NCBI GenBank assembly: GCA_963775425.1
Contig: CAVZJB010000018.1
Span: 211,582 to 275,581, forward strand
Reading direction: 5' to 3'
Source: an uncultured delta proteobacterium
GTDB lineage: Bacteria > Myxococcota > UBA727 > VGSZ01
DNA: 64,000 nt
In this document: piece after piece, positions 12,151-24,744 of the stretch
Numbering within the stretch: the first letter of the stretch is position 1
Layout: the number at the start of each line of letters is the position of its first letter
The notes under the pieces: model-generated
Told to the model about the DNA's origin: nothing
Seen by the model: the letters and a program-made list of their open reading frames with translations, nothing else
Databases searched by the model: none
Program-made: the position numbers and the translations under genes

Positions 12151-12377
12151 AGGAGCTCATGCTCGCGACCCTGACGGCGGCGGCGCTCGCGTCGTGCAGC
12201 AGCAGCGACAAGGCCCCCGACGCGGCGCCCTCCGGGGCTGCGTCCGGGGCTGCGCCATCCGCTGCTGCCGCTGCTGCGGCGGCGGCCCCGGCGACGACGC
12301 CCGAGGCCGTCACCGCCGACAACGCCGAGGCCACCGCCGATGCGCTGGCCAAGGAGATCGACGCCGACACCGACTAG
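12147..12377 (+). CDS. Small Ala-rich lipoprotein
   Basis: GTG overlapping the previous stop, GGAGG upstream, lipobox LASC. Confidence 0.6.
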   Translation: MKELMLATLTAAALASCSSSDKAPDAAPSGAASGAAPSAAAAAAAAAPATTPEAVTADNAEATADALAKEIDADTD

Positions 12378-12484
12378 AGAAGTGATCCGCACAGCGGAAC
12401 AGGGTCAGTGCCGGCACGCGCGGTGGTCCCGCCGCCGGTGCGCGACGATGCACGACGGCTCGCGCGTGCCCGCGGAGGTCGGGC

Positions 12485-15666
<3,182 letters not shown>

Positions 15667-15689
15667 CCGCCTGACCTCCGCAAGGCCGC

Positions 15690-16715
15690 TCAGATCCCGC
15701 ACTCGAGGAAGGCGCGGGCGAAGGCGGCGCGGGCGCGATCGTCCATGTGCTCCCAGAGGTAGCGGCGCGAGGCGCACACCGCGGCGGCGTGGGCGTCGCG
15801 GGCCGCGAGGGCGGCTTTGACGTCGAGGACGCCGACGGGGACGGCGCCGTCGTCGCAGCGCCAGGCGCGCGCGCCGAAGCCGTCGTCGAAGAGGGTGGCG
15901 GCGCGGCCGCCGGGGCACTCGAACGAGAGGAACGGATCGCCGGCGTTCACGTCGCGCGGGCGGTGGGTCTCGACGGGCACGGCGTCCTCGAGCACCGACT
16001 GCGGCACGAAGAAGCCGTCGTCGTCGGTGGCGCGGTGGATGGCGTGCGGGTCCTTGAGGTCCACGGGCTTGTCGGCCGTGTGGCAGCGGGCGCAGGCGTT
16101 GTTGCGCTTGTACTCCTCGATGAGCACGCGCTTGTTCACGCGGGCGTCCTGCAGCGTGCGCGTGCGCCGGAGGCGTCCTGCGAGGAGGCCCGTGGCGACG
16201 CGCTGCGCGTCGTCGTCGCCGCTGCGCCAGCGAACCCCCGCGAGCGGCGCGGCCGTCGACGCGGCGGTGGGCACGAGCACGTGAAAGATCGCGCCGCCTG
16301 CAGCGAGCGTGGTGCCGCGCACGTCGATGACGGCGTCGCCGAAGGACTCCACGCGGTCGGCTTCGGTGCCCGGCGGGAAGCGCAGGCGCGGCCGGCCGTC
16401 GACGGTGCGCACGGTGACGCGGCCGCGTTCGGGCACCTTGAGCCAGACGGCGATGCGATCGCTCTCCGCGGCGTCGGTCGGCAAGCGCACCGGGGGCACC
16501 ATGCGCGCGTAGCCCCGCCGCGACCAGTGGTCGGCGGGGTGGTCGATGCGGACGCGGGCGACGGCCCGCTGTGGGCGCGCGTCGGCGCGGTCGAGGAACA
16601 TGAGCGCGACGGAGAAGCCGAGCACGGCGCCGGCGGCGGCGACGACGACGAGGGCGACCCCCGCCGCGCTCGTGTCTCTTCGGGTGGGGCTCTTGCCGTC
16701 GTCGTCGGGCATCAC
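15690..16715 (-). CDS. Membrane-anchored protein with a single CXXCH (putative c-type cytochrome)
   Basis: N-terminal TM helix; CARCH motif; additional C-terminal cysteines. Confidence 0.6.
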   Translation of the reverse strand: MMPDDDGKSPTRRDTSAAGVALVVVAAAGAVLGFSVALMFLDRADARPQRAVARVRIDHPADHWSRRGYARMVPPVRLPTDAAESDRIAVWLKVPERGRVTVRTVDGRPRLRFPPGTEADRVESFGDAVIDVRGTTLAAGGAIFHVLVPTAASTAAPLAGVRWRSGDDDAQRVATGLLAGRLRRTRTLQDARVNKRVLIEEYKRNNACARCHTADKPVDLKDPHAIHRATDDDGFFVPQSVLEDAVPVETHRPRDVNAGDPFLSFECPGGRAATLFDDGFGARAWRCDDGAVPVGVLDVKAALAARDAHAAAVCASRRYLWEHMDDRARAAFARAFLECGI

Positions 16716-16725
16716 TTCGTCGGGG

Positions 16726-17490
16726 TCAGGAGGGTACGTCGCGTCCCATCACGGTCTTTCGTCCGTCCTTGCGTGCGGTCTCGATGGCGAAGTGCGCGAT
16801 GCGCCGAAGCTCGTTCGAGATCACGGCAGGGACTTCGTCGGATGTACGCATGTCGGAGCGGGCGCGCACGTACTCCTTGAGCCTGGAGACCACCACGAGC
16901 ACGTCGCCGGTCCCTTGCGGCCCCGGCCGGGGCACATCGCGCCCGAGGAGGGTCTTCCGGCTGTTGCGCCGGGCCTCTTCGATGGCCGCGTCGGCGAGCC
17001 GGCGCACGTGGACGCTGAAGGGCTGCAGCACCTGGTCCGAGGTGGACATGCCGTTGGACGCCGACTTGATGAAGTCCTTCAGGCGAGACACCACGACGAG
17101 CACCTCGCCGTCCCCGCTCGTCGACGCGGGGCTCGATGACGGCGCGCTCGATGGGGCGCTCGCCGGCACGCTCGATGGGGCGCTCGATGGGGCCGGCGCG
17201 CTCGAGGCCGGGCGCGGCGCGCTCGACGACGACGGCGACGGGCGCGGCGGCGACGACGGGCGCGGCGCGGCGGCCTCGGCGCGCGACGGGGCCACCTGTT
17301 CCACGGCCCACGCGTCCTTGTGGTTTTCGATCTCGTTGTGCACCGCCCAGCAGTCGGGCGAGCAGAACTGCGTGGGCGCGCGTACCTTGGTGCACGACGC
17401 CACGCTGCACAGGGAGTACTTGCTGCCGAAGGGGATCTCCTTCTTGCAGTTGCTGCAGCGGCGCCAAAAGGTCTGCTCGGTGGACGTCAT
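16726..17490 (-). CDS. Zn-finger protein with two tandem bacterial histone folds
   Basis: N-terminal CSNC..CSVASC..CSPDC..H, Ser/Pro linker, then EVLVVVSRLK...ARRNSRKTLLGRDV and DVLVVVSRLK...ARKDGRKTVMGRDV, resembling Bdellovibrio Bd0055 (RKTVxxxD). Confidence 0.85.
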   Translation of the reverse strand: MTSTEQTFWRRCSNCKKEIPFGSKYSLCSVASCTKVRAPTQFCSPDCWAVHNEIENHKDAWAVEQVAPSRAEAAAPRPSSPPRPSPSSSSAPRPASSAPAPSSAPSSVPASAPSSAPSSSPASTSGDGEVLVVVSRLKDFIKSASNGMSTSDQVLQPFSVHVRRLADAAIEEARRNSRKTLLGRDVPRPGPQGTGDVLVVVSRLKEYVRARSDMRTSDEVPAVISNELRRIAHFAIETARKDGRKTVMGRDVPS

Positions 17491-17499
17491 GGCCGGAAG

Positions 17500-18480
17500 C
17501 TAGCGCAACTCCTCGAGCATTTCGTCGACGTCGAGGCGGAAGCGAAAGCGCGCTCCCGGCGCCGGCCCCCGCGCCTGCACCAGCCCGAGGGCCACGTGAC
17601 CCGCCGTGAAGCGCGCGTTGAGCTCCACGGCGCCCCGCAGGTGGAGCGCGCCGTCGTCGTCGCGCCACACGAAGGCGTCGACGCCGCAGGGGCCGCGATA
17701 GCCTGCCGCGGCGGCGGCCTCCACCACCACGCGCGCCTTGTCGACCACGGGCTCGTCCCAGCGCGTTCCGGCGACGGGCGTGCGCGCGAAGGCGCCGCCC
17801 TCGGGCACGACGACGTCGCAGCCGAGGTAGACGCCGGCCGCGCGCATCTTCGGCTGGGTGACGCCGAGCAGGTGCGGCTCGCCGTGGACGTCGACGTGCC
17901 ACAGCGAGCTGAGGTCCATGGCGCGGTCGAGCCACGGCTCGACGACGACGCCGCTCGGGGAGAACACCCGCCCCCGCGGGGGCGCGAGGCGCCCGTCCTT
18001 CCCCGAGGAGCGCCCGCGCCCGCTCGTGCCCCAGCGCGGCTTGACGGTGAAGCTGCGCCACGCCCAGCGCGGCCACTCGTCGGCGATGGCGAAGATGCGC
18101 GCGGGCGACAGCTCGTCGGGCTCGAGGATGACGGCGAGGTCCGCGACGCCGGGGTCGAGGTCCTTGTCGCGCGCGACGCGCACCGCGAACGCCTTGTCGT
18201 GCACCACGCGCACGATCGCCGGCGCTGCGGCGGCGTAGGGGACGCGCCGCGCGAGCGCCTCGGAGACGGCGGCGTCGGTGGACAGCCAGGGCACGAGGCC
18301 CACGGCGCGCTCGAGCCACTCCCAGGGCGGGTCCTCGACGAGCTCTTCGAACGCGCGCGCGAGGCGCAGGACGGGCGCCGGTGACGCCGGGTGCCGCGCG
18401 GCCCGCCCCTGCGGCGCCGCGGTGACGGGCGCGTAGGCGCCGCTCTCCGCGCCGACGTTGGCGAAGGGCACGCGGCTCAT
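17500..18480 (-). CDS. ATP-grasp fold protein (catalytic motifs present)
   Basis: VKPRWGTSGRG, VVEPW, YRGPCGVDAF, VELNARFT. Confidence 0.78.
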   Translation of the reverse strand: MSRVPFANVGAESGAYAPVTAAPQGRAARHPASPAPVLRLARAFEELVEDPPWEWLERAVGLVPWLSTDAAVSEALARRVPYAAAAPAIVRVVHDKAFAVRVARDKDLDPGVADLAVILEPDELSPARIFAIADEWPRWAWRSFTVKPRWGTSGRGRSSGKDGRLAPPRGRVFSPSGVVVEPWLDRAMDLSSLWHVDVHGEPHLLGVTQPKMRAAGVYLGCDVVVPEGGAFARTPVAGTRWDEPVVDKARVVVEAAAAAGYRGPCGVDAFVWRDDDGALHLRGAVELNARFTAGHVALGLVQARGPAPGARFRFRLDVDEMLEELR

Positions 18481-19490
18481 GAAGGCAGCTCCTCGACGAC
18501 GAGCGCGTCATCGCCGCCGCCGCCGCGCACCCGGGCGCGCACGCGAAAGCGGCCGCCCGGCGCCGGCGCGGACGCGGCGACGAGGCCGAGCGCGAGGTGC
18601 GACAGCGTGAAGCGGGGCCGCAGCGCGGCCGCGCCGCGCAGGCGCTCCTCGCCGGGGGCGGCGAGCCAGGTGAAGCCGTCGACGGCGCAGGGGCCGCGGT
18701 AGCCGGCGGCGGCGGCGGCCTCGACGACGACGCGGGCGCGCTCGACGGCGCCATCGTCGAAGGCCGTGCCTGCGCCGAGGCCGAGGCCGGTGGCGGTGAC
18801 GAGCACGCCGCCGCGGGCGGCCTCGACGTCGGGGCGGCGCAACAGCGCCGGGCGCGCGCCGTCGAGCGCGGCGCGGGGCTCGCCCTGCGGCGCGTACGCG
18901 CTGCCGAGCAGGTGGGGCTCGCCGTGCTCGTCCACGAGCCAGCAGGAGGTGGTCTCGTCGAGCGGGGCCGGCGAGGGCAGCACCACGCCGCCGCCCCGCA
19001 GGCGAAAGACCAGCAGGCCCTCGTCGTTGGTGAAGCGGAACACGCCGTCTCGCCCGGGCACCAGGCGCACGCCGGAGCGGTCGACGACGGCGAAGCGAGC
19101 GCGCGCCCACGTCGGCCACGCCGCGACGACGCCCTCGATCTCCGCCGTGGACAGCTCGTCGGGGTCGAGCGCGCGGGGCAGGCCCGACAGCGGCGGGTCG
19201 AGGTCGTTGTCGCGGGCGACGCGGGCGCAGAACGCGGGATCACGCACGCGCGCGACGACGTTCGGCGGGGCGCCCCACACGCGGAGCCCCCGCGCGCGGG
19301 CCTCGTCGACGGCGGCGGGCGTGACCTGCCACGGCACGAGGCCCGCGGCGTCGGCGAGGGCGCGCCAGGGCGGATCTTCGACGAGCTCCTCGAACGCGCG
19401 ACGAAGGACGGCGTGGACGCGCGCGAGCGTGGCGACGCCTTGCGCGTCACCGTCGAGGGCGTCGAGGTTCGCGAGCGCCGCGCGCGTCAT
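18477..19490 (-). CDS. Degenerate ATP-grasp paralog
   Basis: Shares RAFEELVEDPPW, GEPHLLG and AAAAGYRGPC.VD with its neighbour but lacks the KP..G.SG.G and ExN motifs (ALRPRFT). Confidence 0.7.
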   Translation of the reverse strand: MTRAALANLDALDGDAQGVATLARVHAVLRRAFEELVEDPPWRALADAAGLVPWQVTPAAVDEARARGLRVWGAPPNVVARVRDPAFCARVARDNDLDPPLSGLPRALDPDELSTAEIEGVVAAWPTWARARFAVVDRSGVRLVPGRDGVFRFTNDEGLLVFRLRGGGVVLPSPAPLDETTSCWLVDEHGEPHLLGSAYAPQGEPRAALDGARPALLRRPDVEAARGGVLVTATGLGLGAGTAFDDGAVERARVVVEAAAAAGYRGPCAVDGFTWLAAPGEERLRGAAALRPRFTLSHLALGLVAASAPAPGGRFRVRARVRGGGGDDALVVEELPS

Positions 19491-19508
19491 GGGGGCCGCC
19501 GCCCGGGC

Positions 19509-20399
19509 TCAGCCATAGGGACGGGCGGCGCGCACGGCCTCGATCATGGCGTCGCTCAGCGCCGCCCGCTTGCGCGAGGCGGCGTCGAAGCGGCGGCCCT
19601 TGGCGCGGGCGAGGGAGAAGGGGAAGGGCGCGTGGTCGCGGTAGGCGTCGACGTCGTCTTCGCCGGCGAGCTTCTTCACCCAGCCGGCGGCGAGGGCGAC
19701 GTGGCGCACCTCGTCGTCGTGGACGCGCTGGATCACGCGGGCGGTGTCCTCGTCGCCGGCGGCGCGGAAGCCGTCTTTGTACATGAGCGTGAAGTCGAGG
19801 TTGGCCTGTTCGAGCGTGAGCCCCATGGCGCACAGGAACGCGAGGAGCGGCTCTCGCGCGGCGCGGATGGCCTCGACGTGCTTCCAGAAGTAGTCCGACA
19901 ACGGCAGCGCGCCGAAGCGGGCGCCGTGCGCCTCGAGGCGCTCGAGGTACAAGGCGCAGTGCGTCTGCTCCTCGACGAGCGTCTGCACGAAGCCGCGACG
20001 AAGGGCCGCGGGCATCGCCGGGAACGCGAGCAGCGCCCACGCGAACAGCTCCACCGCGCACAGCTCGTGGTGCGCGAAGCGCGACAGGCACGCCACCCGC
20101 GCCTCGGCGTCGACGAGCGCGCCCATCTTCGGCAAGCGTCGCTTCCGCGGCGGACGCGCCGCCGCGCCGTCGTCGTGCGCGAGCGCGATGGACGCGTCGC
20201 GCGCGGGCCGGGTGCGCCACAGCGGCGCGAGCTCGCCGTCCTCGAGCGCGCCGTCCTCGAGCGCGCCGTCCTCGAGCGCGCCGTCCTCGAGCGTGGTGGG
20301 GCCGCGCCCGGCAGGAGGGGCGCGCAGCTTGTCCGCGAGCGCGGGCCCGTCGACGATGGAGAGCGCCCACGCGCGCACGAGGTCTCCCGCGCGCCTCAC
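19509..20399 (-). CDS. Ferritin-like diiron protein (DUF455-like)
   Basis: FAHHELCAVEL, EEQTH, LTLEQANLD, DEVRH iron ligands. GTG 20399 overlaps the upstream kinase stop; LEDGA about x4 insert. Confidence 0.82.
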   Translation of the reverse strand: MRRAGDLVRAWALSIVDGPALADKLRAPPAGRGPTTLEDGALEDGALEDGALEDGELAPLWRTRPARDASIALAHDDGAAARPPRKRRLPKMGALVDAEARVACLSRFAHHELCAVELFAWALLAFPAMPAALRRGFVQTLVEEQTHCALYLERLEAHGARFGALPLSDYFWKHVEAIRAAREPLLAFLCAMGLTLEQANLDFTLMYKDGFRAAGDEDTARVIQRVHDDEVRHVALAAGWVKKLAGEDDVDAYRDHAPFPFSLARAKGRRFDAASRKRAALSDAMIEAVRAARPYG

Positions 20400-21244
20400 G
20401 CGCGGCCCCCGAGCGGCGGACGCGCGGCGCGGCCGGCGAGGAATGCCAGGACGCCGTCGGCCGTCGGGCGCTTCCTGGGGTCTTTGTCGAGGAGGCGCAG
20501 CACCATGTTGTCGACGCCGACCGGGACGGGCGCGTGCCTGGAGGGGCGCTCGGGCGCGTCGGTGGTGTGCGCGAGGAGCACCGCCACCGGCGTGGGCGCG
20601 ATGAACAAGCGCCGCCCCGTGAGCATCTCCCACCAGATGACGCCGACGGCGTAGAGGTCGCTGCGCGGGTCGCGCCCGCCGTCGCCGAGGGTGACCTCGG
20701 GCGCGGCGTAGCCGGGCGTGCCCATGAAGGTGCCGGGGACGGTCATGGTGTCGCCCGGGTCGAAGCGGCGCGCGAGGCCGAAGTCGAGGATCTTCAGCCG
20801 GCCGTCGACGACGATCATGTTCTCCGGCTTCACGTCCCTGTGCACCACGCCCGCCTCGTGCGCCGCCGTCAGCCCCGAGAGCATCTGCGCCGCCAGCGCG
20901 CAGGCCTCGTCGACGCCGAGGCGCCCGCGGTCCATGCGCTCGCGCAGCGTCTCGCCGGCGAGCAGCTCCATGGCGATGAAGTCGACGCCCGTGTCGTTGC
21001 ACGTGCCCGTGTCGATGACGACGACGACGTTTTCGTGCTGCACCTGGCTCAGCGCGCGCGCCTCGCGGTGGAAGCGCACCACCAGCTCGCCCTCGTTTTG
21101 GTAGCGCGGCTTCACGATCTTCACGGCGACGTCGCGCTCGGTGTGGTGATCGTGAGCCACCCACACCTCGCCCATGCCGCCGCTGCCGATGCGATGGAGC
21201 ATGCGGTACCGGCCGCCGATGGCCGCGCCGGCGAGCTCGCTCAC
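20396..21244 (-). CDS. Ser/Thr protein kinase (kinase domain only)
   Basis: IGSGGMG, VAVK, HRDVKPEN, DFG, GTPGYAAPE. GTG 21244 overlaps the previous stop. Confidence 0.9.
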   Translation of the reverse strand: MSELAGAAIGGRYRMLHRIGSGGMGEVWVAHDHHTERDVAVKIVKPRYQNEGELVVRFHREARALSQVQHENVVVVIDTGTCNDTGVDFIAMELLAGETLRERMDRGRLGVDEACALAAQMLSGLTAAHEAGVVHRDVKPENMIVVDGRLKILDFGLARRFDPGDTMTVPGTFMGTPGYAAPEVTLGDGGRDPRSDLYAVGVIWWEMLTGRRLFIAPTPVAVLLAHTTDAPERPSRHAPVPVGVDNMVLRLLDKDPRKRPTADGVLAFLAGRAARPPLGGRA

Positions 21245-22596
21245 GCGCGCGCCTTGGCGATGTACGCGAGCGCGTCGTCGCGGTCGTCGGTGACGTAGGC
21301 GGGGCCGCGGCCGCTGGCGCGCGCGTGGCGATCGATCTGCAACCTGCCGGTGGCGCTCCTCACGAGGGAGACCGCGAGCTTGAAGCGGTGCAGCTTCATG
21401 AAGTGCCCGGCCGAGCGCGCCTCGAACGCGTCGTCGCTCCTCCCCGGGCCGAGGCGGAAGTCGAGGACCAGCGCGTAGACGTCGGGGTCGAAGCGCCGCA
21501 TCTCGGCGTCGAAGCACCCGAGGGCGTCGTCGATCTCCTCCAGAGTCTCGATGTGTCGCGCGTTGCGCGTGATGCACACGATCTTGCGCGCCTCGTCGAC
21601 GTCGATGCGGAGCCACGGGTTGTCGTACACCGCGCCGCCGTCGACGACGGGCTGCGGCCTGGCGCTCGTCACCGCAGGAGCCCCGGCGCCGCGCGGGACG
21701 GGCGCCACGCGCGTGGGCGCGGTGGCGCTCACGTCGGCCGCGCTCTCCCGCGCGAGCGGCGGGGCGCGGCCGGAGGCGTCGCCGAGCGTGTCGAGGGCGC
21801 GGATCAGGGCGGCCACGGTCGGGCGGTGCGCGGGGTCCTTGTCGAGCATGCGCGCGATGAGGTCGTCGACGGCGGTGGGGACGGCGGCGATGGCCGCGAG
21901 GCGCGGCGTCGGCTCGTTCGCCTTCTTCACCGCCACGTCGAACACGCTCTTTCCCTCGAACAGCTTGCGGCCGGCGAGCATCTCCCACCACACGACGCCG
22001 GTGGAGTAGACGTCGCTCTTGGGGTCGTTGCTCGACTGCCCGAACATCACCTCGGGCGCCGCGTACGCGGGCGTGCCCATGAAGATGCCCGTGGTGGTGA
22101 GCGTGTCCCCGGTCTGTACGGCGCGCGCGATGCCGAAGTCGAGGAGCTTCACGCGCCCCGGGGGCGACGCGAGCAGGAACACGTTTTCGGGCTTGATGTC
22201 GCGGTGGACGATGCCGACGCCGTGGGCCGCGGCGAGCGCGCTCGCGATCTGCCGCACCACCTCCACCGCCACCTCAGGGGCCAGCGCGCCGGGCCGCATG
22301 CGCTCGCGCAGCGTCACTCCCTCGAGCAGCTCCATGGCGATCCAGCTCATGTGCTCGTCGCCGCCGGTGTCGAACACCACCACGACGTTGTCGTGCTTGA
22401 CGCGGCTGATGGCGCGCGCCTCGCGGCGGAAGCGCTCGACCTGCTCCGGGTCGTCGTCGTGGCCGCGCATGATCTTGACCGCCACCGTGCGGCTGAGCGA
22501 CGGCTGGTCCGCCAGCCAAACCTCGGCCATGCCGCCCGCGCCGATCTTCCGGCGCAGGAGGTAGCGGCCGTCGACGAGGGTGCCGGCGAGGTCCAC
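21241..22596 (-). CDS. Ser/Thr protein kinase with C-terminal STAS/SEC14-like domain
   Basis: IGAGGMA, VAVK, HRDIKPEN, DFG, APE; C-terminal WLRIDVDE...ALVLDFR...DDALAYI. Start GTG 22596. Confidence 0.88.
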   Translation of the reverse strand: MDLAGTLVDGRYLLRRKIGAGGMAEVWLADQPSLSRTVAVKIMRGHDDDPEQVERFRREARAISRVKHDNVVVVFDTGGDEHMSWIAMELLEGVTLRERMRPGALAPEVAVEVVRQIASALAAAHGVGIVHRDIKPENVFLLASPPGRVKLLDFGIARAVQTGDTLTTTGIFMGTPAYAAPEVMFGQSSNDPKSDVYSTGVVWWEMLAGRKLFEGKSVFDVAVKKANEPTPRLAAIAAVPTAVDDLIARMLDKDPAHRPTVAALIRALDTLGDASGRAPPLARESAADVSATAPTRVAPVPRGAGAPAVTSARPQPVVDGGAVYDNPWLRIDVDEARKIVCITRNARHIETLEEIDDALGCFDAEMRRFDPDVYALVLDFRLGPGRSDDAFEARSAGHFMKLHRFKLAVSLVRSATGRLQIDRHARASGRGPAYVTDDRDDALAYIAKARA

Positions 22597-22610
22597 GGCG
22601 CGACGATAGT

Positions 22611-24728
22611 ATGTTCGCGCCGCCGATGACGATCGCGACGCCGCCGCTCCGCCCGACAGCCCGCGCGCCGACAACCCGCGCGCGACGCGAACCACAGTCG
22701 CAGCTGGGCGGTTCCGCGCAGCGCCGCACCCGCTCCGCCGGTGACGACGTGCGTGCCCGCCGCCGCGGCGCCGGCCGCCCCGGGGCCGCCGCCGCCCGCG
22801 TCGCCGTGGCGCGTGTCGCCATGGCGCGCGTCGCCATCGCCGCCTGCGCCTTCGCCGCCGCGCCCGCCGCGGCGCTCGAGCCGACGCCCGCGCCTGCCGG
22901 CGCGAACGTGACGGCGGTGCCGGCGCCGCGCGGCCTCGAAGAGCAGCTCGTCGACGACGCCCGCGACGGGAAGCTCGACGGCATGGGGCTCCTCGAGGCC
23001 GCCCTCGTCGCCAGCGGCGTCGCCGACGCCGACGTCCCCGCCGAGGCCGCCCGCGTGCGCCACGCGCTCGCCCCCGCCGTCGCGCGCGCCCGGACGCAGC
23101 GCACGGCGCACAAGCGCGGCGACGTCCTGTTGCGCGCGCTCCACGACACCGTCCTGCGCACCTACGTCGTCACGGCCACCGAGATCGACGACGTCGTGCG
23201 CACCGGCGAGTTCAACTGTCTGTCATCTGCGCTCCTGTACGTGGTGGCCGCGCAGGGCCTCCTCGACGCGCCGCGCGGGATGGTCACCAGGCACCACGCG
23301 TTCGCGCGCGTCACCGTCGACGGGCGCGCCGTCGACGTCGAGACCACCATCGCCGGCGGCTTCGACACCGACCGCAAGAAGCTCATGACGCCCGCGTACG
23401 TGAAGAAGATCGCCGGGACGTCGGTGTCGCCCGCCGAGCTTCTCGAGGACCTCGAGCACCCCGAGGAGCTGCCCGCGCTCTCGCTGGTCGCGGCGGTCTA
23501 CTCGAACCGCTCCGTCGGCCTCATGCACCGCGGCGATCTCCAGGGCGCCGCCGTCGCCCTCGACCGCGCCCACCGGCTCGCCGCGGGCTCTCTGCGCGCG
23601 CGCACCGCCGGCTACCGCGCGGGCATCCTCAACCAGGGCGCCGTCGCCCTCGTCGAGCAGGGCCGGCTCGACGACGCGCGCGCGCTCCTCGAGCTCGCCG
23701 TCGAGGGGACGAGCGGCGCCGTCAAGCAGCTCCTCACCGACAACCTCGCCTCCGTCGAGCTCGGGCTCGCCCGCCGCGCCCTCGACGGCGAGGACTGGAC
23801 CGGCGCCCTCGCCCACGCCGCCGCCGCCGCCGCCCTCGGCGCCCGCGACGCGGACACCGCGCCGGTCCAGGCCCGCGCCGACAGCGCCCTCGCCGCCCTC
23901 GAAGGGAGCGACGCGCGCTGCAAGAACGCCAAGCCCGCGCGCGTCGCCGCCACCTGCTACGCGGGCCTCGCGCGCGCGCTCGACCAGCGCTCTGCCGGGA
24001 GCGCCAGCGACGTCGACAAGGCGCTGCAATTCGCGCGGCGCGCCTACGCGCTCGACGCCGGCGCCGAAAACGCCGAGGCCGCGCTGTTCAACGCGCTGAC
24101 CAAGAAGGTGCACGCCGAAGCCGTGGCCTCCCGCTGCGACGTCGTCGAGGCGCTCGTGCGCGAGGCGGCGCTGCACGCGGCGGCGCTCCGGGGACAGCCC
24201 TGGTCCGCCGGCGCGGTCGCCGCCAACTGTTGGGCCCACGCCGGCGACGGAGCCTTCGACAAGCAGGCGTGGGCCGAGGCCGGCCGCCTGTACGGCCGCG
24301 CCCTCGCGCACACGCCGGACGACGCGGCGCTGCGGCGAAACCTCGCGCGCGTCGACGTCAACGCGGCCATCGGCTTCGCCAAGGACGGCGCCTGCGACGC
24401 CGCGCGGGCCCGCGCGCGCCGCGCCGCGCACGCGGACCCCTCGCTCGCCGGCAAGGCCACGGAGCTCCTCGAGAGCTGCGCCGCCGTGCGCGCCAACCGC
24501 GCCGTCGCGCGCAAGGACTGGGCGACGGCGGCCGCCGAGCTGCGCCGCGGACTCGAGGACGCGCCCGGGAGCGACGCGCTGAACAGGGGCCTCGGGCCCG
24601 TCTTGCACAACCTCGCCGGGCAGCTCCTCGACGACCACGACTGCGACGCCGCGCGCGCGCTCGTCCCCGATCTCGACCGATTCCACCAGGACGACGCCAA
24701 GGCCGCCGTCGTCCGCCAATGCCGCTGA
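22611..24728 (+). CDS. Secreted transglutaminase-like + TPR protein (start uncertain)
   Basis: FNCLSSALLY / HHAFARV / DVETT putative triad followed by helical TPR-like repeats. Confidence 0.7.
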   Translation: MFAPPMTIATPPLRPTARAPTTRARREPQSQLGGSAQRRTRSAGDDVRARRRGAGRPGAAAARVAVARVAMARVAIAACAFAAAPAAALEPTPAPAGANVTAVPAPRGLEEQLVDDARDGKLDGMGLLEAALVASGVADADVPAEAARVRHALAPAVARARTQRTAHKRGDVLLRALHDTVLRTYVVTATEIDDVVRTGEFNCLSSALLYVVAAQGLLDAPRGMVTRHHAFARVTVDGRAVDVETTIAGGFDTDRKKLMTPAYVKKIAGTSVSPAELLEDLEHPEELPALSLVAAVYSNRSVGLMHRGDLQGAAVALDRAHRLAAGSLRARTAGYRAGILNQGAVALVEQGRLDDARALLELAVEGTSGAVKQLLTDNLASVELGLARRALDGEDWTGALAHAAAAAALGARDADTAPVQARADSALAALEGSDARCKNAKPARVAATCYAGLARALDQRSAGSASDVDKALQFARRAYALDAGAENAEAALFNALTKKVHAEAVASRCDVVEALVREAALHAAALRGQPWSAGAVAANCWAHAGDGAFDKQAWAEAGRLYGRALAHTPDDAALRRNLARVDVNAAIGFAKDGACDAARARARRAAHADPSLAGKATELLESCAAVRANRAVARKDWATAAAELRRGLEDAPGSDALNRGLGPVLHNLAGQLLDDHDCDAARALVPDLDRFHQDDAKAAVVRQCR

Positions 24729-24744
24729 CCCCCCCGGTGGAGCG

